Below, piece by piece: positions 46,726 to 64,000 of a stretch of DNA of 64,000 nucleotides. Source of the stretch: Bugula neritina. Lineage: Eukaryota; Animalia; Bryozoa. Below the pieces are notes generated by a model that did no database searches, was not told where the DNA came from, and was given only the letters and a program-made list of their open reading frames with translations. Numbering within the stretch: position 1 is the first letter of the stretch; every line of letters starts with the position of its first letter. The DNA lies in the NCBI GenBank assembly GCA_964035545.1, contig OZ037765.1:19406995-19470994 (forward strand), written 5' to 3'. The position numbers and the translations under genes were made by a program.

Positions 46726-47300
46726 TGTTAGATGTGAATATTTTAGATCAATGTGACGAATTTAAAATTTGAGTACGTGTACAGCACCAACTTCGACAGC
46801 AAAACAATATTATTAACATGGCGTACGTAATTAGCCTTGGGGGTTTAAATAATAGCTGTTGCTTTTACATATTTAACGACAAGTTTTAATATTATTATCG
46901 CTATAAGACTCGAAAGGAACATTTGGGCGCAAAAGATCTTGGGTAATGAAATAGTAGCCCAAAAACCTCAATTTTCAGCCTACATGTGTCGTCCCCTCAA
47001 ATAAAAAGTTATACAAATAAAACAATTTCGAAATAATCCGACTTGTCATCTGCACGCATAAATTTTCAAAATATCAATATGCGCCTAATATGTAAAGCAA
47101 GTGTAAAAGTTACAGAACCTGAGCTAAAAACATAAAAGTTTACGAAATTTGATTTGTAAAAGTCAACATACTGAACTAATACTGGAAATATTATTGTTAT
47201 CTTTCCCAGTTCATTGTGTCAACAGGCCCAGTACTGCTGTCTAGTTATATCAATCACATTGATTATGATAACATTCACTTTAAGCCTTAAGGATTATTAT
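46726..47300. promoter_or_regulatory. Probable bidirectional promoter region of DAP and CCDC77
   Basis: Head-to-head genes; locally CpG-richer; YY1-like aacatggcg near 46815. The CCDC77 ATG exon has an upstream acceptor (48070-48071), implying a non-coding first exon here. Inference only. Confidence 0.45.
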
Positions 47301-47309
47301 TATATAATT

Positions 47310-47870
47310 TTACTTTTGGTATAAGTATAACATTAACTATAACTATAACATTAACTAAGTTAATGACATGTATAAGTTGATCATAATGTATAAGTATAAC
47401 TCACTATAACTATAAGTATAACTATAAGATTAACTTTAAGTATAACTATAAGTATTAGTTACTAATTTAGTATAACTATTACTATAAGTATAAGTAATAG
47501 TAATATTAATATAATAATAGTAATACTAATAGTATAACTATAAGTATAAGTATATAATTAATTTCTATATCACAATAATATTAATAATTTGAATTATAAA
47601 TTAAAATAATAAAATATAATTATACACTTAATCTTATAGTATTACTATTAGTTATACTAATAGTAATACTAAATCTAATACTAATACTAGTAAATGTAAT
47701 ACTAATACTGTTATAGTATTAGTATTACTATTAGTATTACTCTATAACCATTGGCATTAGTATTATTATTAGTATTACTACTATTATTAGTATAACTAAT
47801 ACCATTAGAAATACTAATACTCAGTAATAGTGTTACTATATTATAATTATACTGTAATAACTATAATATC
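47310..47870. repeat. Degenerate AT-rich hexamer-periodic low-complexity DNA (TATAAC/AGTATT/ACTAAT)
   Basis: Direct read; similar tracts at ~46090-46600 and ~63170-63510. Confidence 0.75.
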
Positions 47871-48089
47871 ATCTTTATCTTGATCATTTAATAGTAAAAG
47901 TGATCTATCAATAATTATAATATTGAATTCCAGAACTTCAAATCCTTTGTAATTCACTATAAATTTTAATTTTTTTTAGTCACATAAGTATTAGTAATAA
48001 CCTTAGCTTGCTAACATATTAGAAATATTTGATAAAGATTAACTTTAAGATCACATCTTTTATTATTTCAGTTTAATATTGAAACCGAT

Positions 48090-53310
<5,221 letters not shown>

Positions 53311-54730
53311 TCTGTAATATTCTAGGTGACTGGAGTGATATCTTATAGATGTAGCTCTTCCATTCATGATTGGTCACTCCTCTAGTGTGCTTGTGAAACT
53401 TACTTCTTCTCTTCTAAATAGTTTGGTTTATCCGAATTTTACTTAAAAACTCAATAGAATGAGAATGTGAAATTGTGGTATTTAGTAGAATCGTTTGTTG
53501 TATGTTTTGTGTGATATTCTTGTGAGATTATTCTATAAAAATACAAAATTTTGTATATTTTTAATGCAAAAGTTTTTTTTATTATTTATGCGTGTAGTAT
53601 TAAATGTTATTAAGTAAAAAAACAGTTATTAAGCTTAAGACTTATATTAGTTCTTTCAGAGGCAGTTGGTAACCATATCATATTGATGCCATATTTTTCT
53701 AGCAATGTTCTTCCAATGCTATATCTGTCCACCACTGTCTTCATCATGCAATATCAGTACATCACTGTTTTTCCTATGCCAAACCAAGATTCTTTTAAAA
53801 TTACTTAAAATACATTTTCTGTAATGCCCATACTAAAGCTGTTGTAGTCTTAACCCTTACATACCAGACATAAAGGTGATTTTTCACAATACAGAGGAAC
53901 TTCTTTAATTGATAATTTTTAATTGTGCTTGGATGAAAATTCAATCAAACATCATTTTCAACAACCCAAGAAATATGACAAAACTCTTCCAAGTCCTCTA
54001 CCATTTAATTGTTTGTAAAGTGAGATAAAAATAAGTAACTGATAGACATGTGCTTTAGATTCTGCCGTCAAGCAATAAGTGGTGTTTAAAATATGAATTA
54101 GCAATAATTACAACTTGAAATGCCTGTTTTGATAATTCCCTTTCAATTGTTTGCACAAAATAAGCAAGCTTATTTACATGACCATAGTTTATCAAACATG
54201 CAAATGTAGCATGACTGCAATAATTACAAAATAGTGTTTATGCATGCAGTTAAGTATGTTGCCCTTAATCAATGTATAGACTACAATTTCCGCATTCTTC
54301 AGAAAGTGACATTTTGTGACCCAATGTATTGGCTAAAATATTTAATTGGCACTAATTCTGCAGAATGACGCATGACAAATGTCAAGTCCATAAGCATTTG
54401 GCTTTCTTTCTATGCGTCTAAAATACCATGCCCTCATTTGCACAAGTTTATCTGCTACTGAAATGTTACATATAATAAAACCTTTAAAAAATTTCTGTAT
54501 AGCTTGTAACGAACAAAAAAATTTTGTTAGATTTTTATAATAGGTCAGATAATAATGGCCCATGCAGTAGCTGGTTGCGGTATATTGTTTCGTTGAAAAA
54601 AAAATGAAATAATTAGTTTAGGAAATGTATTTGTCATGTCACACCACTTGTGTTATGATCCAAATATAAACATTTATGACTTATTATATTCAAAATAACC
54701 ATTTTCTCGAAAAAATATATATAATGTAAA

Positions 54731-54755
54731 TAGGTTAGGTTAGGTTAGGTTAGGT
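54731..54755. repeat. (TAGGT)5 pentamer tract
   Basis: Direct read of sequence. Confidence 0.8.
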
Positions 54756-54952
54756 ATAGGAATGAAATACGAAAAGACTTATAATAAAATGAGATATTTC
54801 ATGCATTGCCATGATAAGATAGAAAATACAAAATACATCTGAATAAGACTGTACATGTCCTGTTCATTTATTAATACACTGTTTAATTTAGAATGTTTGA
54901 AGAAAATTAACAGTTTGCTTTAAAGTGAATGAGCAGTGATCACTGCTTTGTC

Positions 54953-57900
54953 TTAATTACAAGATATGTTTACTGAGAAACACTCAGGAAATCGAGCTTC
55001 TCCTTCAGCTCCCAGAGACTGGCAGAACCAGAGTGCCAGAAAGAGAAGTATCAGCTGTAATAAACATAGGGCAGTGGAGTAAATTCAAACGCACTAGAGA
55101 TTTTCAATAATTCACTTTTTAGAAAAGCAGCTATCTAGAATAAACAAGTTAAACTAGCAATATAAATATAATCACAGCTAAAGCAGAAAGTAGCAAGTTA
55201 GTGCCCTAAACTTATTTTGTTTAAAGTCATAAAATTTTAAAATAAATATAAGTTTTATTCATTTAGCAAAACCTTAGAATGACAAGGTTCATTTTTAAGC
55301 AATATTATCTACTCTATGTGCACCACACATATTTAAAAAATATCTATGCCTTAGCCGCAGATAGCCTGTTGAAATAACATCATGTAATATTTTATTGTTG
55401 GCTATGAAAAGCTCACATCTCCAACAACATTAAAATATTACCTGTGAGACACCAATGGCTATACCAACTCCTACAACTATCACCATATTTTCTTCCGTCC
55501 ACTTTTCCAGAGAATCTACACAGCCCTGTAATATTGATGTAATAATACAATAATTTATATAATAAATAAGTCTGCGATACCAAAAAATATTGTAACGTAA
55601 TTCATTAGATGTGCAGGTTAGAAACTTCTTCTAACATGAAAACAGCTGGTATAGCATATTATACTATTAAAACTTTCAACAACCACACAACAGATGACAA
55701 TGACAACCAGTGAGACATGCATCTCTTGACGAGAGATCTTTAAAAAAAATTGACATAAAACTTTTATGGATGAGAAACAATGGTGAGTATAATATAAGTC
55801 GTTGTACCTGTGTGCATCTGAACACTTTCTTATCACCAAAAACAGAGGGGCTATTGCAAAATATATCTGTCTGTTTCTTTCCTTCCTCTGAGCTTCTAGC
55901 TGCAGCCCTTATGTTAACAGCTTCTACGGACTCCAGCATGCATTGCTCTGTCAATTACAATTGTTCATCTTGTTGATGGTAGTGAAATGATATAATAAGC
56001 AAGAACCATTTATAACAAAAAACAATTAAATTATTATCTCATCTCGCCACTACCACCACACACTTAAGCTTTATGGGTAATATAAAAAGACTTCTTAAGA
56101 CTCCCTAAATTCTAATTTACAACCATGCTTATATTAAATTACATCTTCTTATCAGTCACACTGCTGCACTGTTGGTTTGGGCCTTTAATAACAGTCAAGA
56201 GCCAAACATTAAAATGTTCTATGCATGGAAAGAACTTTGTGATACAGACTCACATAAAACTTATAAAAATCGCACCATGCTTAGAGATTTACTGACCTCT
56301 GTTGTCTGCACTCACAGTAAGCTGTCCGTTATTTTTGAATGCATCATCCAGTTTAGTATCAGGCGTGCAGCAAGCCCATGACATGGACGCATTAGGCTTG
56401 ATTCTGTTACCCAACTCCTCAATGTATACGCTGCCTTGATAGTCCAGGAAATCTTGAACCCCACAGCATTCAAACTAAGCAAAATAATAAAATAAATATT
56501 GTATGTTTTAAGAGATTGCGTTAAATATAAATGTGCAAGATTTTATTTAGTAATAGTTATTTAAGAAGATATTGATTGATAGGGTTTCTACGTATTAATA
56601 TACTCTAATATATGCATCTGTATACAATTCACTGGGTTTTTACATAGCTTTATTTTTTAGCCCATATTTTGCATGAGTAATTGCTAGCCTGCAAAATAGA
56701 GTCAAGATTTTCTAAACTCCAATAGAAGCGCTAACCAAACAAAAGTCTACACATTCTATATCAACATATCACTATTTAAATACATTGTTACCTTTTGGTA
56801 ATATTGGATTTACTGAGAATAAAAAAAATAAATCAGTATTATATTTTTTCCTTTCAGTGAGTTGGTCAGATTCAGTTTTAACTTTTAGTCAATATATTGA
56901 ATCATACATAGGAGCTAATGCAATGTAAAGAGGCACAGCTTACCTCAACTTGTACATAATTGAAACCTTTTGAGATCAGATAATAGTCGCTGTTAGCATC
57001 ATCTGTGTAGCTGTTCTTGATGAACTTGGCTCCTTCTTTCGTTATCTTCTCAATAATCTGCAAAATATTGTCATGAACATTGTAAGATTGTTTTATGTAA
57101 ACATTTATTTATTTCTGTTTATCTATTGGTGCCTATAAAATGTAAAACTTGGTGTTTTATATTATAAATTAATCTTTAGTACATGACTCGCAACAGAGAA
57201 TAGATAACTCAACAGCTAGCTAACAGTTAGTATAACTGGAATAAGGCAGTTGCAGCTGTATAACATCAAACTACTAGTTTTTAATATAGATTTAAAAACA
57301 ATACAAAAATGTCAAAGCTTTTATTATATAGATTAAAATACAATTACTTGTATATCAGTAAGTATTTTAATGGTAAAATAAGCACTGAAAGGCATAGAGG
57401 TTTCTTGTTTAAACACAAATTTTGCTTATTATGCAATAGTGTATTATCCTTACATTGACTAATGGGGCCCATGCATTTATATTAAATAGAATTTTAATTG
57501 TCTAATACCAAACTCAGCTACTTTTGAAATTCATTAACGTTTTAATAATCACCAAATAAAGATATTCAATGCTTTATATATTGACTGAAACTAATTATAT
57601 TATTATGGTCATCAGCATCTTTTGACTAATGGGTTTAATAATCGTAAAAAGATGTTTTCAGCAAATGTTACTGTCAGCAATGTTAAAACTTACATAGTCC
57701 TTACGAACTCCAGCATAGACTCCAGCACTTGCTTCAGCAGCAAAGACGATAAAGACACACACTATGTACTGTAATAAACAGTAGGCTTTATAAATACATA
57801 TGATTATGAACTATTAGAACTAACTAGGACCTTCTACCCAAACAGGACAGAGCGGAAATAGGTAAAGTTTAAAACTATCTACGAGTCTTTTTTATATATT

Positions 57901-59396
57901 TGAGAAATTTACCAAAGTCAGATTTGCCTTATATAATAACCACACATGCTGCATGTTTATGGCATGTAAGGCTTCATGTTTTTAGTTTTACAGAGTTTTA
58001 GATTGAATACCAGTATTTTTAAAGTTGTTCAGCAGCAATTGCTATTTGACTTTAATCAAAATATTTTTTAGGTGACTTGCAATATCCTGGCTATTCATAT
58101 TGATATAGCCTATTACCATAATATTTGTTTTACCAGAAAAAGAACTAAATTTAAATCTATTAAGACTTAATAAATGCCTAAAAAACTGTGTAGAATATCA
58201 TGAACTATTAGTATACAGATCAGCGTAATTCAACAGTTTATACAACTCATCAAAGTAATGCAAAGAGTTTTTGCAGCAGACAAATATATTTACAGAATTC
58301 ATTAAGTTTTAGAGACTAAGAAGTAATCATTTGATATGTAACTTACAAAACCCATCATTATTTTCGACTCTCTAATTATCCCAATAATCCCGACTACTCC
58401 CACTGCAAACACAAAGATTCCTGCACCAATAAACAGCCACGTAACAATCTCAACCACTGGCTCAGCGTCTCCTACTTTTACAGCTTGGCCAAGGTTTGAG
58501 ATTTGAGGGTCAGTCTTTATCCATATTCCAACAATTAGTATAGCAACTCCAAAAGCCTGGGGATAAAACAACAAAACATGCAGCCTAGAAACACATTGTA
58601 GGTAGTTATTGCTTTTTAACACTCTGGTACATCGTTATAGCAATTTTTAAAATATTTGCAGGATGGTAAGCATTATTTAGCTAAAAGCATGATGTTTTAT
58701 GGTCAGCTGACACATGCACTGCCATGAATATATTATATCTATATAATAATAATTGCGAAAAATTCAAAATTTAATAAGGACTTTGAATCAAATTAAAAGT
58801 CAGGGAAAATCAGTCATAATGTTGACTACCAAGCTTAGGTAGATGCTTACAGTAGGTCTATATGCCCATTCAACAACTTAAGGCTATTACACAAAAAATA
58901 TTACTAAAGTAGGTTATGCTAAATGCATCACTTATTAGCCCAACAGTTTGCTATATTTTTACACAGTGCAAACAAACCATTTCGGAAAGGTTCAACAATT
59001 TTCAAAGCACAAATCTGATTAGACTAAAACTTGAAGCATTTATCAAACTGTATTTTTATCTTTTCAAACAAGTTCTATGTTTTAAAAAATAGCTTCCCCA
59101 TCACTTTTAGTCTGTGCGCGTTATAATAGGCTTGAAGCAATCACTGGTTTCAAGTACCAAACATTGAGTTGATGAGTCATCAATTAATAAATATTATAGC
59201 TAATCTGAACACTCTCTAGAATTTATTTATGTTATAGTGTATATCATGTGTATAACTAAGTATAAACCTTACTATATATTTTATAACTGTACATTACAAG
59301 GTGAGAGCGTAGTTAACATACCCAGAAAATACAGTTGAAGATAATGAGTAGGATTTTAGATGTGGTATCACAGCAGCTCATTCTTTTCATCTTCAT
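54953..59396 (-). CDS. Tetraspanin, ~325 aa, 8 coding exons
   Basis: Exons 59396-59322, 58556-58347, 57768-57694, 57057-56944, 56474-56297, 55947-55808, 55525-55442, 55054-54953 (978 nt). KILLIIFNCIFW TM1, RES after TM2, FECCGV, WACC, TQGCVD before TM4; canonical tetraspanin intron positions. Probable non-coding first exon ends at donor 61148. Confidence 0.93.
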
Positions 59397-60007
59397 CTTG
59401 AAACCTGAAACGTATTATAATTTTATATACTAAACACTTTATACAGCATAGCAAAAGCTGTAGATGTTTTTAATTTTCTGGCCTGAGATTGAAACGGTCG
59501 CTCATGATGCAAATCAGTCATTACTTTTGACACAGACTGGCAAGCCATTGCTACTACACCTACTAGACTACGACATACGAACATCTGGCACATATCATAC
59601 TAACTAACTCAATAATCTATGCAGATTTACCATAGGATAACGAAACAAGAACGCATTTGTTATGCATGACCAAGCATAAAGTAATATACATACTTAAGCT
59701 TGGTAGTTCTGTAGTTGGTAAATAAGTAGTGATTGAGCATTTTAGACTGATTTGATAAACTGATTTCAAATCGACCCATCAAAAACTTCTGCATGCTTTT
59801 CAAACTTGAATATTTTTTATTTGAGCACATTTGAAAATGATCAATAATTAAGCATAAAATGTTTCACGTCAATTTAGAAAATAGTGTTTATTTACAAAAA
59901 AGGTCTGTGCGAAGTTCAAAGAACTCAAAGATGCTATAAAAACAAGCCACCTCCCACTTGTAAATAAAATTCAACGTATTGGAAGCTTAACAAGAGTTTT
60001 ACATGTG

Positions 60008-60143
<136 letters not shown>

Positions 60144-63100
60144 AGAAGGGAAGGAAGAGATAGAGACAAATAAAGAGAGAGGGGATATTTGAGCAAAAAT
60201 TGGAAGAATTCTGGGCCAAACATTGAGAGAGGCTGTGTATTGTGTATTACACCAATCTGCTATAAAAGTGTTGCTTGCCATCTTTGGCAGATATATCACT
60301 TTTCTAATAATCTAGTAAGCATTCTAATCGAGTTTAGTATAAAAATACAAGAATGAAGCAGTGATTGTATAACATTATTTTTACCATGAGCTATACCATT
60401 ATAAGGCGTGCATTGTATACTGCGCTTTCAAAGGCTCTAATTTTTTTTACAGAATTCAAGCATATGTTTCCACTTCATTACTTATCATTGCCTAAACTGA
60501 AGATTAATAAAGAAATTACCAGATGTAACTGTTAGATAACTATTTTTATAGAGAACTTATAAAGAAAGTTACAAACTCATAGTTTTTTATATCACTGAAA
60601 TATTTATATCTGTTTGATTAGTTCTTCAATTACCAATTGATGATGCTACCAACAAAATGAGTGACATTAAGAATCACCCCTGTGATTCATCACACCAGTG
60701 ATATACCAGCTAGAAAAACCATGTTTCATTTCTCTATGTAATCCGGTTAAAATTTCTAAACTCTAGTTTGGTTAGCTATTTGACCTGGTACACAGTCTGA
60801 AGTTATATATAGACATAGGTCAAGAGCTCATGTTATAGCTAGATTTATAACCTTCTTGTTTATTTGTATAATAAGCTGAACTACAGTAACTTGTTATATT
60901 TATAGCAACATTATTTCGATAGGGTTTGGTTCTTGTTTTGTAATGTAACACTAATATGTTACTACAGAGTAAACTACTAGAATTTATGGTAAAAATTGAC
61001 CAATTCATAATTAAATTGTCTACACAACAAGCAACTATCATGGATATTCTTATATTACCTTATACACAAAATCGCTGTTTAAAGCCTATATCACAAGAAT
61101 TATAAAATCATTATTCTGAAACTTTTAAAATGATATAACGTTCTTACCTTGCTGCTGTAGTCTCTACTTTAATAGTTGTGACTGTGACTACTTAATAATT
61201 TCTGTACACCTCGTCTCTAGAGAATCGTCTGATGATTAATTATGGTGTGTATGATATCACACACTTCCTCTGTAGCACATCGTCTTCAGCAGAGCATAAA
61301 ACTTCATGGTTCAACGGCGACATTAACCGTGACCTCAATGAAACGTCAACTGTGTTTTTCTTCCGTTACCCTTATCAATCATACTTTTAACCTGTGTCAT
61401 ACCTGCCCTTTAAAAAATGTGATGGTAACACAAACATTCATCAGAGATGAGCTCAACATTGTTGTTATTTTACTAAGCACAGTCTTTGATTCTGAATTTG
61501 ACACAATAAATATATAACGAAATGATTTGAAAAACATTTGATTTTTGCAACATTCTGCTAAAATTAGAACGCCTGATCCCAAAACTATATAGCAAAACAC
61601 TAATATTAATAAACACGATGTTGAATGGTTTGAAATTGTCATTTGCTAAAAATAGCATATATCCTAATTATACAGCATTCATTAGAGCTCTTATTTTGTT
61701 TATATTTGGGAAGTTTTGTTTGTAATACATATTATAAAAATGTGGTGATACAATTGAAATATGTTGCAATTTAGCTATATATTTTGCAATTTTAGTATCT
61801 GCTGTAAAAGAACAACAATAAATATACAATAAATATACATAGAGTTATTTGAGCTTTTCTCTGTGGTGAAGATGATTTTCCGCTGTGTTATTGTCTGATG
61901 AGGAGACAAACCTTGAGACAGCTGCTATACATGAGGAAATTGAGCTTTATAAAACCTATGCATTTGTTGTATATTGGTATTTGCATATATAAACATACTG
62001 CTGTCATTTTTTTTACAATCTTTATTATTTCATTAAAAGTTATATATAATAAATATATAAGATATTTAATAGATCGACACTTAATTTATTAGTAAGTTAT
62101 AATAACATTTAGTTGCAGTTTATTATTTATACTTGTTATTTGAAGATTCTGTCAGTGGTTTAGTATTATAGTCATGTGGTGAGTAAGGGAGTGTTTATCT
62201 CTTTTCAACTAAAATTTTGACATGGCTCAGAAAGATACAAAAAGCTAATTATAGTAGTAAAACATTTTGAAGTGCACACATAATGTGCATGTTAGATAGC
62301 TTTTGCAGCCATGCAGGCATCTCATTTATTGGCTAATCATTAACATTTGAATAAGCAGTCATACTTAAACTACATATATTTACTGCAAAAAAAACATAAT
62401 ATATTGTTGTACACTAGCGTGATATATGTTCTTTGCTAGGCCCTTCGCTGTACATTATAAAGACATGCAGCTATGAAGTTCAAATGTCTTGTAGACCTTA
62501 GGCACTTGACTTTGACGGCACAGTTGACCAGCACAAGAAAAAGATTGAAAACCTAAATATGGTATTTGAAGTGTAATTAATTTTATATAAAAACATATAA
62601 ACAGTTAAGTGAGCCTTTTTTATTGGTGAAAGTCATTTACAAAATATTTAAATGTTATTCTACACAACATTGTTGTATGACAAAGAGTTATCTCCCTAAT
62701 CTCAACCGTACACTTCAGGTAAAACTTTCGGAGCCAGTAGAGGTGCATATCTATTGGCTCTCTATGCTCCAGTGATTAGGGCATATTTTTTGAACTAATA
62801 CTATAGCGCTAGGCTAAAATAATTATTATTATGATAATTTTCATAGTTTATAAATACTTCAACTACCTTAATTTTACTCTATCAGTGTTACTAGTAACAT
62901 TAATATGTCACATGCAGTAAACTAATATTTGATTGCATGACATAAACACAAGCAGAAATTTGTTGCCGGTGAAAATCAAATTAAAAATGAAAACTACTAT
63001 TTTAATTAAAATTTATCATAAATCATAAATGATTATTCACGATGATAATAACAATGATAGTTGATAAAATTAAAAAAATGATTTCATTATAATTATTATC

Positions 63101-63539
63101 TATTATAATTTGTGATCTCCGAATAATTATAATAGTATATTATTATTTATAATAAAATTAAATATAAACTTGAAGTTGTTGCTTACACTTACAGTTACAC
63201 TTACACTTACAGTTAGTGTTACACTTACTCAGTGTCGCTGTCTTTTAGTTTTACTTTGAAGTTTAAGTTCTAATAGAAGTAGAATGTTGCACTTGTCCTT
63301 AAATGCTTAATAATAATAAAATTGATCATAATTAGAATTTAAATGATAATCATAAATCAATAGCCTACCATAATGATAATGTTATAGTTCTACTTAATGT
63401 TAATCTTATGAATTATGAATAATATGACAGTAACTTATACTTCTAGAGTTTAAGTTATACTTATAGTTATACTAAACTAATAGTAATACTATAACTATAA
63501 GTATAACTATAATTGTATTGATAATGTCTCCTATCAAAG

Positions 63540-64000
63540 GCAAATGGCTGTTATTTTCTGTTAGTAGTAGATTCTCCATTCTCACTTCAAGCCTTGCTTT
63601 CATGTGTTGTCACCTGCTATCGCATAGACTTAGAGCCAAGATAGCCTTTACTGTGCCTTTACTAATTTTTAATTTTAAATTGCATCTATAATGGCAAGGA
63701 GTAGCTCTGCTCAAAGTAGATCCTTGATGAAGGCCAGCTTTGATATCCGTAGCTTCTGTGCTTCCACAACCTGTTCTGACTTTGATGGACCAGATAACAT
63801 ATATATACCTTGAGTGTAAAAATATATGCTCCTGGTACAATTCTCTCTGGTTTTTAGTATTGAAAGAAATTTTGAAGGAATTCCTCAGTCTCTCACCATT
63901 CTCTTTCCTCACAATCTATCCATTTCCCTCATTCACAAAAGATAGTCTTACCACAGCCCTTATTATTGTACATTATATTGATTAGTATGATTGAAGATTA
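63540..64000 (-). mobile_element. Decayed RTE-clade LINE reverse-transcriptase fragment
   Basis: IKVRTGCGSTEATDIKAGLHQGSTLS matches the RTE RT motif VRTxxGxTexFxVxVGLHQGSALSP; frameshifted, no intact YADD. Confidence 0.7.

Noticed and set aside
53640-54560. Possible decayed transposase between CCDC77 and the tetraspanin
   Set aside because: Looks coding-like in patches, but I could not recognise a motif or termini.
54731-54755. (TTAGG)n as a telomere or evidence of an arthropod host
   Set aside because: Only five units, interstitial between convergent genes; such tracts also occur inside transposons.

Overview
AT-rich, intron-rich animal (invertebrate-like) genomic DNA; no prokaryotic features. 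I assembled four spliced genes by hand from splice sites with consistent reading-frame phases. (1) A ~34-kb plus-strand presynaptic active-zone scaffold gene (CDS 9611-43897, 25 exons, ~2080 aa). It has an N-terminal RIM/Piccolo-type helix, a Piccolo-type C8 zinc finger, an LSPIED motif, coiled coils, PDZ and one C2 domain, and looks more Piccolo/Bassoon-like (Fife/Clarinet class) than RIM-like. (2) DAP (death-associated protein 1), minus strand, 3 exons, whose first intron needs a GC donor. (3) CCDC77, plus strand, 9 coding exons, divergent from DAP. (4) A tetraspanin, minus strand, 8 coding exons, with an 8-Cys large extracellular loop. The first 6.4 kb is a nested transposon stack: a tRNA-Thr-derived SINE split by a Buster-type hAT element (8-bp TSD), which itself holds a MITE and a Tc1 element embedded in (TA)n. 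Also present are R4/Dong-like and RTE-like LINE remnants at the window ends, a three-copy hairpin MITE family, palindromic hexamer-periodic DNA flanking the DAP/CCDC77 promoter, and microsatellites. Family assignments come from remembered motifs, not database searches.
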